Source: Candidatus Latescibacterota bacterium
Lineage (GTDB): Bacteria > Latescibacterota > UBA2968 > UBA8231
Length of the DNA: 64,000 bases
Reading direction: 5' to 3'
Assembly: GCA_965208105.1 (NCBI GenBank)
Contig: OZ242318.1
Span: 1,056,001-1,120,000 of the forward strand
Shown here: in pieces, positions 20,393 to 27,319 of the stretch
How positions within the stretch are numbered: position 1 is the first letter of the stretch
Layout of the letters: each line of letters begins with the position of its first letter
Translations under genes and position numbers: made by a program
The notes under the pieces: model-generated
The model's input: the letters and a program-made list of their open reading frames with translations, nothing else
The model's database searches: none
Told to the model about the DNA's origin: nothing

Positions 20393-20447
20393 GCTGGTGG
20401 TCTCCTTATTTCATGCAACCGTCGGACTTGGGTGTTGTTAATTCTTC

Positions 20448-20537
20448 GCATATCGTTTTCACGGTTTACGAACCCACGAAGTGGGTTGCCGCAGGCCAAG
20501 GGGCGAATGCCCCGCAGCGTAAATGGATGTGATATAT
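20448..20537 (-). repeat. attC-like site 5 (GAT cores at both ends)
   Basis: Plus strand gcatatc-gttttca-cggtttacg-aacccac gaa gtgggtt-gccgcaggccaa-ggggc gaat gcccc-gcag-cgtaaatgg-atgt-gatatat. Confidence 0.8.
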
Positions 20538-20604
20538 GAAATGGGACTCTTCATTACCTGTACCAGAGCTCTACTGCTGGAGCTGCCGGGGAGGGTGCCG
20601 AGCA

Positions 20605-21261
20605 TCAGTCGTGGTGGCGTTTGTAATAATGTCTGATCTTTGGGTCGCGGAAGCGAACGACCGTGTTGTGGCCCCAAACGGCCAAGCCAACTGCACCGCG
20701 CGACTCCCCAGGCAGCGTCAACCGATTGACCAATACACCGTTCACGTAGCTGGTCACTGAGCGATCACGGACCTTGAGGACAATGTCATATTCGCGACCA
20801 GGCTCCATAACGAAATCAACGACATCGAGTTTGACATCCTCACGAGTTTCCTCGTTCCGACGGACGACGACCATGGTCTTCCAACCCGTCAGGTATGTCA
20901 GGAAATGCGACGAAACACCGTCGTCGGAGATTCCAAATACGAGTTGCGGACCGGACCCCTTCTCAATGGTGGCCTGCACCTTGAATTCATAGGCAGCCCA
21001 GGTCCCATCTCCCTGGACAAGCCGCCCGCGGCTTGCCTGGCCCGTATCGGCAATGATGGCGTCGCCCTCGCGACGCCATACGGAAGGGGTGAAAGGGCCT
21101 TCACTGGCATGCCATCCGGCCAAGCCCTCACCCTCTACCATTGACTCCCACGGCTTGCCGATATCCGCTCGACCGTAGTCGTTCTCAAAGGAAGGAGTTC
21201 CGACAGCGGCACTCACTGTAGTTAGTAGGCCCAGGTAGATTGCGTAGTGAATTTTCTCCAT
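20605..21261 (-). CDS. Cassette 5: secreted DUF1080 / 3-keto-disaccharide hydrolase-like protein
   Basis: Signal peptide from MEKIHY (ATG 21261), W..M.EGEGLAGW...WRREGDAI...YEFKVQ...SYVNGVLV...GAVGLAVWG...VRFRDPKIR. Confidence 0.75.
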   Translation of the reverse strand: MEKIHYAIYLGLLTTVSAAVGTPSFENDYGRADIGKPWESMVEGEGLAGWHASEGPFTPSVWRREGDAIIADTGQASRGRLVQGDGTWAAYEFKVQATIEKGSGPQLVFGISDDGVSSHFLTYLTGWKTMVVVRRNEETREDVKLDVVDFVMEPGREYDIVLKVRDRSVTSYVNGVLVNRLTLPGESRGAVGLAVWGHNTVVRFRDPKIRHYYKRHHD

Positions 21262-21301
21262 TACATGGTCTCCGGTCGGTGATTCCGGTTCTTCCCATTT
21301 C

Positions 21302-21398
21302 ATATATCGTTCCGCCGGTTTGCAAACCCCGAGCTTGGCGAGGGGTTGCCGCAGGCCAAGGCGACGTAGCCGCCGAAGCACAAACCGTGCTGTTATAC
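21302..21398 (-). repeat. attC-like site 4
   Basis: Plus strand atatatc-gttccgc-cggtttgca-aacccc...ggggtt-gccgcaggccaa-ggcg...cgcc-gaag-cacaaaccg-tgct-gttatac. Confidence 0.85.
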
Positions 21399-21411
21399 GT
21401 CGTGATATTCA

Positions 21412-21879
21412 TTACTCTGTTGAATGCAACTCGTCTCTGATCCTACCACCAATCTCATTCATCTGATCTTCACTGACACTTTCCTCCTGAGAAACACCCA
21501 GATAAGCAAATACTCTAGTGCTTCGCCGGTCGGCCGGTTGATTAGCCATTCGAGGCACAATATGGAAGTGTACATGCGGATGATCCTTGGCCTCGGCAAA
21601 CTGGATCACATATGTTTTCACGCATCCGACTACAGCCTTAAGAGACAAGGAAACACGCCGAATCAAGGGCCCCAATTCTGCGGCTTCCTGCTCAGTGAGC
21701 TCATCAAGCGATTCGATGTGTCGTTGCAGAACCAACACCAGCCATCCGGGCAATGAGGTATCGAACGCATGCGCAACATCCCAGAACCTGGTCTGGTAAA
21801 TGCTGTCGTAAAGTGGCGCCTTCCCCAGCCTTCTTCGTGCAGTCAATTCGCACGTCTTGCACGTGTCACTACCGTTCAT
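21412..21879 (-). CDS. Cassette 4: HIT-family nucleotide hydrolase
   Basis: CKTC N-terminus, PGWLVLV, HVHFHIVPR triad; ATG 21879. Confidence 0.88.
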   Translation of the reverse strand: MNGSDTCKTCELTARRRLGKAPLYDSIYQTRFWDVAHAFDTSLPGWLVLVLQRHIESLDELTEQEAAELGPLIRRVSLSLKAVVGCVKTYVIQFAEAKDHPHVHFHIVPRMANQPADRRSTRVFAYLGVSQEESVSEDQMNEIGGRIRDELHSTE

Positions 21880-21907
21880 GTCCGACCTCTCATTGCATCT
21901 CCATGTC

Positions 21908-21996
21908 GTGTAACGTTCTGCCGGTTTGCGAACCTCGATGTGGTTGCCGAAGGCCAAGGGGCGGCAGCGCCTCAACGCAACACCGTGATTTTAGCG
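21908..21996 (-). repeat. attC-like site 3 (R'' mutated to CGCTAAA)
   Basis: Plus strand gtgtaac-gttctgc-cggtttgcg-aacc...ggtt-gccgaaggccaa-ggggcg gcag cgcctc-aa-cgcaacaccg-tgat-tttagcg. Confidence 0.82.
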
Positions 21997-22006
21997 GAAG
22001 TTTCAC

Positions 22007-22222
22007 TCAATTCAATAGATCGCGAAATTGCTCAACGGAAAGACCCGCGTCTCGAACAATTCCGCCCATTGTGAACGCATTGACCGGATTGCTTCGGGGA
22101 ATAGTCAAGATCCGGGTACCGTCACTCATGACGATGTGTTTACCCTGGCGAATTATCCGAAATCCAGCCTTTTCCAAGGCCCTTACGGCCCGCAGGTGAT
22201 TGACCTCTGGAATCTTGGGCAT
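22007..22222 (-). CDS. hicA: Cassette 3: HicA-family toxin
   Basis: MPKIP...AVRALEKAGF...QGKHIVM...TIPR...TMGGIVRDAGLSVEQFRDLL. Confidence 0.88.
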   Translation of the reverse strand: MPKIPEVNHLRAVRALEKAGFRIIRQGKHIVMSDGTRILTIPRSNPVNAFTMGGIVRDAGLSVEQFRDLLN

Positions 22223-22223
22223 C

Positions 22224-22421
22224 CTAAAGCGTCAGCTCCACCTCTTTGACTTGAGCGTCTCCTAGTAGTTCGTCGACCGCTGCAAGGTATTCGCGTATAG
22301 CCGCTTCGATGTTTGCAAGCGCTTCCGCCTCGGATGCACCTTGAGACCAACAACCGGGAAGCCCAGGAACAGAAACACTCCATCCCTCATCAGATTCGAG
22401 CAACGCGACTTTGTACTTCAT
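22224..22421 (-). CDS. hicB: Cassette 3: short HicB-family antitoxin (no DNA-binding domain)
   Basis: MKYKVAL...SVPGLPGCWSQG...EALANIEAAIREYL. Confidence 0.9.
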   Translation of the reverse strand: MKYKVALLESDEGWSVSVPGLPGCWSQGASEAEALANIEAAIREYLAAVDELLGDAQVKEVELTL

Positions 22422-22542
22422 TTCGACACCTTCCTTACTTGCGGCAATAGAGCACCATTTGCCAAATGAGGATCATAATTCAATAAATTCTTGCGAACTT
22501 CCGTGCATCACGGCGATGTAAGAATTTTCCACGTCCTATTTC

Positions 22543-22637
22543 CGCTAACGTTTCGCCGGTTTGCGAACCTGGCGCAGCCAGGTTGCTGAAAGCCAAGCCG
22601 CCTGAAGGGCGGCGTAGCGAAAACCGGTGTGTTATGT
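22543..22637 (-). repeat. attC-like site 2
   Basis: Plus strand cgctaac-gtttcgc-cggtttgcg-aacctggc gca gccaggtt-gctgaaagccaa-gccgcc tgaag ggcggc-gtag-cgaaaaccg-gtgt-gttatgt. Confidence 0.87.
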
Positions 22638-22644
22638 GCCGTGC

Positions 22645-23493
22645 CTACCCAACGTACGCTCGCCCAGATGATGTTTTCGAATGATCGGATTCCAGGGAAA
22701 TTTGAGTGATGGTGTCGTGGGCGCGTCCCGTGCGGTCATGGTGCACATACACGATGTCGTCAATGACGATTCGCCGATTACCCGGATACTTGCAGGTCAA
22801 GTCCCCGCCCCGGAAATACTGCCCATCATAGCGCCGGAAGAAGACGGTCCTTCCTCCTTCTTCAACGAAGGCTTCCACGAGCTCTCCACCGTTTGGTGAG
22901 GACAAGCCGGGTATGGGATCCAAGATACGAATACAACAAAACCTGTTGTCGCCGATAGTCACATCGTAGGTACCAGCACCGAGACCTTGCGCATCGGTCG
23001 TCTTGTAGGCGCCATCACTCAGGCGTTCGTACCGCCCATCGTCAACTATTCGACGATTCATAGAACCGCCCCAGTTGGCTTCGAAGGTCCTGTCGCCCAG
23101 CAATTCGAACACGCGTCTCCCACGCAAAGTCTTGACCACTCCAACCCATCGGGCACCCTGGTCGTCCAACAGTGCGTACATGTACCCGGGATTGAATTCT
23201 GTTGGCCAGTCCTTCCGATTTGCATACTCTTGCAATCGAAGCTCGACACAATCTGTGTCACGGAGCCTTGCTGGACCCACGGACACGATTTCGGTAACCC
23301 CTGTTAGCTGGAGCGTATCCGATTCATACGCGGCCCACATGCAGTGTTCCCCCAGCCTAGGTACGGCAAACCACCACTGTAGCTCCGGGCAGCCGACTTC
23401 GTCTACTCTCTCGCAACTTTCCTCGATCGTGACCTCAGGCCGCGTCAATGGAAACCCACGACTCGTCGCGTTGCTGGCGTTCTCAGGATTCAT
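22645..23493 (-). CDS. Cassette 2: hypothetical protein (282 aa)
   Basis: ATG 23493 with RBS GGAG; ORF fills the space between two attC-like sites; no family recognised. Confidence 0.75.
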   Translation of the reverse strand: MNPENASNATSRGFPLTRPEVTIEESCERVDEVGCPELQWWFAVPRLGEHCMWAAYESDTLQLTGVTEIVSVGPARLRDTDCVELRLQEYANRKDWPTEFNPGYMYALLDDQGARWVGVVKTLRGRRVFELLGDRTFEANWGGSMNRRIVDDGRYERLSDGAYKTTDAQGLGAGTYDVTIGDNRFCCIRILDPIPGLSSPNGGELVEAFVEEGGRTVFFRRYDGQYFRGGDLTCKYPGNRRIVIDDIVYVHHDRTGRAHDTITQISLESDHSKTSSGRAYVG

Positions 23494-23549
23494 GATGGGA
23501 TCTCCGATATCGCCTTGGGAGGTCGATGTCTGTGTGCTTCTGGCATGCC

Positions 23550-23646
23550 GCCTAACGTTTCGCCGGTTTGCGAACCCCGAGCTTGGCGAGGGGGTTGCCG
23601 CAAGCCAAGGCGCGCAAGCGCCGAAGCGCAAACCGTGCTGTTAGAT
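23550..23646 (-). repeat. attC-like site 1
   Basis: Minus strand ATCTAAC-AGCA-CGGTTTGCG...CGCAAACCG-GCGAAAC-GTTAGGC; perfect RYYYAAC and GTTRRRY cores. Confidence 0.9.
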
Positions 23647-23670
23647 GAAGCTCTCTCAGAAGTCAGATCT

Positions 23671-24042
23671 TTACGCGTCAATGGCTTCACGTGTAACGGA
23701 TGGTTCGAAAAAACGCTCCTGGAACTCCGTCAAAGCCAGGATCTGCTCGTCTGAGTAGTCTCTACCGGCAGGTACGACAATGAGCTTATCATCATCGTCG
23801 TCCGATCGTTGAATGACGGCGATACATCTGCCTGTAAAAGCCTCTATCGGTTTGAAGACACCCAGGATATAGGCGTCCATATTTTCTCCGTCAGGCGCCG
23901 GAACGTCCGGAAGAAATCCGTAGTTGACAGGATAGATGAAGCCCGCTTCAGGATGCCTGGAGCCAAGGGGTCGATCAATCGTAAGATCGACCATTTCTCC
24001 GATGAACTTCCTTGCATCCACGAAATTCTCCGTCATGGTCAT
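23671..24042 (-). CDS. Cassette 1: small inorganic pyrophosphatase-family protein
   Basis: IDRPLGSRHP...YPVNYG...DGENMDAYILG...DDDDKLIV...FQERFF. Confidence 0.85.
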   Translation of the reverse strand: MTMTENFVDARKFIGEMVDLTIDRPLGSRHPEAGFIYPVNYGFLPDVPAPDGENMDAYILGVFKPIEAFTGRCIAVIQRSDDDDDKLIVVPAGRDYSDEQILALTEFQERFFEPSVTREAIDA

Positions 24043-24089
24043 TTAATCTCCCAGCCATGTTGAAGTGAGGCAACGCTGCTCCGAGTTTC

Positions 24090-24126
24090 ATCTAACTGCC
24101 TATATGCGAACCATGGTTTCGCATAA
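24090..24126 (-). other. attI-like attachment site
   Basis: Minus strand TTATGCGAAAC-CAT-GGTTCGCATAT-AGGCA-GTTAGAT; R box GTTAGAT starts cassette 1; no attC-type hairpin upstream. Confidence 0.75.
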
Positions 24127-24378
24127 TGGCCTCCAAGTGCTGCTAATCTGAAACGAAGGTACCTATTGTCGAGAGCGGTCGCAACTAACGCCCACAATAC
24201 TTTAAATTCGCGTAACTCCTTTATATTTAAATAGATAAATCGATTCTTCATCGATTCTGTGCGACGACAACCGGTTCATCAGGAATCCTGCCGGACCCTT
24301 GCGTACTGTCCCAGCGAATTACATAGTACCGGGTACCGGTATCGGCGCCGAATTTTCATTCATTGAGGAGGAACTGGT

Positions 24379-24825
24379 ATGATCCGAGCCGTCACCTCGG
24401 AGGACATGATTGCTTGCGCACGTCTATTCGCGAAGGTCTTCTCCGAATGGCCGTACGAGGAATCGTGGACCATTGCCCAAGCCCACGACTACCTCGATCG
24501 GTTCTGGAGGTTCGATTCCGAGCATTGTCTCGTCGCTCTTGACAAAGATGAGGTTATCGGAGCGATGTTCGGATACTGCTACCCCTGGCAGAACAGAATC
24601 AACTACTACATGCAGGAGCTCTTTGTCGAGGCGGATCGGCGGCGGTCGGGCCATGGTCGAAAGCTGGTGCGCCATCTGCTCGACGGGCTTGGAGAATCAG
24701 GTACATCCATGTCCCTGATCGCCAATGAGGCAACGCCGGCTGCCGCCTTCTACCAGGAGCTTGGACTGCGGCAGCATAGATACTACAAGTTCTACTGTGG
24801 TACGGTGAACAGGGGCGACGAGTAG
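24379..24825 (+). CDS. GNAT-family N-acetyltransferase
   Basis: VFSEWPYEESW, ELFVEADRRRSGHGRKL motif A, AAAFYQELG; RBS GAGGAGG. Confidence 0.88.
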   Translation: MIRAVTSEDMIACARLFAKVFSEWPYEESWTIAQAHDYLDRFWRFDSEHCLVALDKDEVIGAMFGYCYPWQNRINYYMQELFVEADRRRSGHGRKLVRHLLDGLGESGTSMSLIANEATPAAAFYQELGLRQHRYYKFYCGTVNRGDE

Positions 24826-24955
24826 CCCGTCGTATAACCAGGTCGAATTCTCAGGGTCATGATTCCTCCTGAAGATTATCAGCGCACATCTTGACATCGC
24901 CATTTAAAATTATGGATTCAATGACGGTCGTTTCATTCTGCTCGAACTCGTTGGA

Positions 24956-27319
24956 GTGAACCACTCGATGCTGGGAATAGCCATATCCGCCGTTCTGTTC
25001 ATGGGCATGGTGCTGCCGACGCGCGCCCAAATTGAAAAGAGCGATCTCTACATCGGCCTATTGCTCGACTTCGGGGCCGAGGCGACCGGTGCGGAGCGGG
25101 ACTTGGCGCTCCTGCAGGAGGAAATCCACAAGGTGCTGGGGGTCGACAAGTCGGTCCATTTCCTCCCCGAGCACATGCGCTTTTCCGCCGGGCACGCAGG
25201 CTATATGTCCCTGGCCAACGACCCGGCGGTCGACCTGATCATTGTCGCCGGGCCGGCCAGCGCGGCGATGCTGGCCGCTCAAGGAGCCCTGCCCAAACCG
25301 ACGATCGCCGTGGGGATACTGGATGTGGAGTTACAGCAGATTCCCCTCGTCGAGCCTGGCGTCTCCGGGGTGCGAAATTTCACCTATGTCCTCGGTACCC
25401 ACTCGATCGAAAAGGACCTGGCGGCGTTCCACCGCATCCATCCCTTTGCCCATCTGGCCGTCGTCGTCAGTGAAAACCTGAAGGGCAGGCTGGATTTCGA
25501 GGGTTTCTTCGAACGCATTGCGGCGCCTTACGGGGCCCAGGTGGAGGTGTTTTTTTGGGGGGAAGAAACCTCTCTACCGACCCTGAACGACGGGGTCGAC
25601 ACGGTCTATCTGGCGGCGGTCTTCGAGCGCTCCCTGGAGGAGGTCGGCCTGCTGGCTGAGGCCCTCGCCGAGCGCAGTCTGCCTTCCTTTGCCATGAGCC
25701 GGTCTTATGTGGATGCGGGAATCATGGCCTGTATCGGCGACGAGAGCGGCCGCGACCATATTTTCCGCAAGCTGGCCCTGATCGTCGAGGGAGTGGCGCT
25801 GGGAGAGGAACTGGCGGCTATGCCCGTGCGGTACAATCTCGACGAGCAATGGGTGCTGAATGCCGCAACGATCCGCCGAATCGGTTTCGACCTCTCGTTT
25901 GAAGCGCTGTTTTCCGCCCGCTTCCTCAAGGCCGACGAACCCACAAGCGACCGCCGCTTGAGCTTGCAGGAGGTTATCGCCGAAGGCTTGCGGAGCAACC
26001 TCGACCTGCGCATTGAAGAGGGCAACCTCGATTTGGCCGGCCAGGATTTGCGCCGGGCAAAGTCGTCCCTGTTGCCCACGGTAGAAACCTCGGCCACAAT
26101 GCTGCAGATCGACCCGGACGCGGCGGAGCGCGCTTTTGGTCAACAGCCCGAGCGCACCGGCGCGGGTACTGGGACCGTGCAGCAGGTGCTGTTTTCCGAG
26201 CAGGTCTTCGCCAGCGTCAAAATCCAGCGCTACCTGGCCGAGGCCGCCCGCCATCGCGCCGATCTGGTCGCGCTCGACGTGGTGCTGAACCTGGCGACGG
26301 CCTATTTCAATATCCTGCTGGCCAAGACCGGGGGGCGCATCCAGGATGAAAACCTCGAGGTCTCGCGCCGCAATCTGAAGATAGCCCGCACCAGAAATGC
26401 CGTCGGCTATGCTGGCGTGGCCGACGTATTCCGCTGGGAGAGCGAAGTGGCTCGGGCCACCCAAGCCTCGATCGAGGCTTTCAACAACCTCTACCTGGCC
26501 AAAGTGCAGCTCAACCGCTTGCTCAACCGGACCGATATCGGCGAGGAGTTCGAGGTGGAGGATGCCCGGCTTTCCGACGAACTTTTTGGCCGCTTCGACC
26601 CGGCCCGCATCGGTCCCCTGATCGACCGCGCCGGCGATGTGGAGATCCTCACCGACTTTCTCGTCGAAGAAGCCCTGCAAAACATGCCTTCGCTCAAGCA
26701 GCTGGCGGCCAATATGAAGGCAGCCGAGCGCCGGCAGCAGATGAACCGGCGGCTCTACTACCTGCCTGCGGTGGCTTTGCGCGGACAGGCCGACTACACC
26801 TTCTGGCGCGCCGGCAAGGGCATGCCTCCGGCCTCCTCCGAGCCCCTCGACGGCACATGGAACCTGGCCCTCCACTTCAGCTATCCCCTCTTTCAGGGCA
26901 ACCAGCGCAAGATCGCCATCGTCCAGACCGCGATTCAGCAGCAGCAACTCCGCCTCCAGGAGGAGAGTCTGCGCCAGCAGCTCGCCCAGGCCGTCCGGGT
27001 GCGGATGACGAACCTGGTGTCCAGGCGCACCAACATACACTTTGCCGAGGTGGCCGCTGCAAGCGCGCAGAAGAACTTTGATCTGGTGCAGGACGCTTAC
27101 GAGAAGGGCCAACTGGCGATCACCCAACTGGTGGATGCCCAACGCGCCGCCCTTTCCGCCCGTCAGGCCGAGGCCGGGGCCGTCTATGAATACCTGGTCA
27201 GCTATCTGCAGTTGGAAAACAGCATCGGAGGCTACACCATGTTCATGACTTCAGAGGAGCAGGAGGCCTTTGTCGGGCGCTTGACGGCCTTCTTCTCCAA
27301 AAGAAAGAATGCACCATGA
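24956..27319 (+). CDS. TolC-family outer membrane factor fused to an N-terminal ABC substrate-binding-like domain
   Basis: C-terminal ~450 aa has two OEP repeats (LSLQEVI...NLDL, TAYFNIL, AYEKGQLAITQLVDAQ); N-terminal ~330 aa has an alpha/beta periplasmic-binding pattern ending WVLNAATIRRIG. Confidence 0.85.
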   Translation: MNHSMLGIAISAVLFMGMVLPTRAQIEKSDLYIGLLLDFGAEATGAERDLALLQEEIHKVLGVDKSVHFLPEHMRFSAGHAGYMSLANDPAVDLIIVAGPASAAMLAAQGALPKPTIAVGILDVELQQIPLVEPGVSGVRNFTYVLGTHSIEKDLAAFHRIHPFAHLAVVVSENLKGRLDFEGFFERIAAPYGAQVEVFFWGEETSLPTLNDGVDTVYLAAVFERSLEEVGLLAEALAERSLPSFAMSRSYVDAGIMACIGDESGRDHIFRKLALIVEGVALGEELAAMPVRYNLDEQWVLNAATIRRIGFDLSFEALFSARFLKADEPTSDRRLSLQEVIAEGLRSNLDLRIEEGNLDLAGQDLRRAKSSLLPTVETSATMLQIDPDAAERAFGQQPERTGAGTGTVQQVLFSEQVFASVKIQRYLAEAARHRADLVALDVVLNLATAYFNILLAKTGGRIQDENLEVSRRNLKIARTRNAVGYAGVADVFRWESEVARATQASIEAFNNLYLAKVQLNRLLNRTDIGEEFEVEDARLSDELFGRFDPARIGPLIDRAGDVEILTDFLVEEALQNMPSLKQLAANMKAAERRQQMNRRLYYLPAVALRGQADYTFWRAGKGMPPASSEPLDGTWNLALHFSYPLFQGNQRKIAIVQTAIQQQQLRLQEESLRQQLAQAVRVRMTNLVSRRTNIHFAEVAAASAQKNFDLVQDAYEKGQLAITQLVDAQRAALSARQAEAGAVYEYLVSYLQLENSIGGYTMFMTSEEQEAFVGRLTAFFSKRKNAP

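Larger units (their letters stand above)
20445..24126 (-). mobile_element. Integron-like gene-cassette array (5 cassettes, attI-like site, no integrase in window)
   Basis: Five related ~90-bp sites each follow a minus-strand gene; the first bases of each cassette match its own R'' end; array ends reconstitute a palindromic site. Confidence 0.88.

Noticed and set aside
21262-23631. N-terminal extensions of cassette ORFs in the track (MLRRLRR..., MRRCRP..., MRFGAC...)
   Set aside because: They are translations through the attC-like sites; downstream ATGs with SD sequences were used.
20448-23646. CRISPR array or REP/BIME interpretation of the ~90-bp repeats
   Set aside because: Units are long, divergent and separated by whole genes; no cas genes; ends carry recombination cores matching cassette starts.
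24039-24251. 70-aa ORF as integrase remnant
   Set aside because: No tyrosine-recombinase motifs; it spans the attachment site.
24831-24850. GTATAAC-CAGG after the GNAT stop as an attC start
   Set aside because: No complementary right arm or R' box found; insufficient support.
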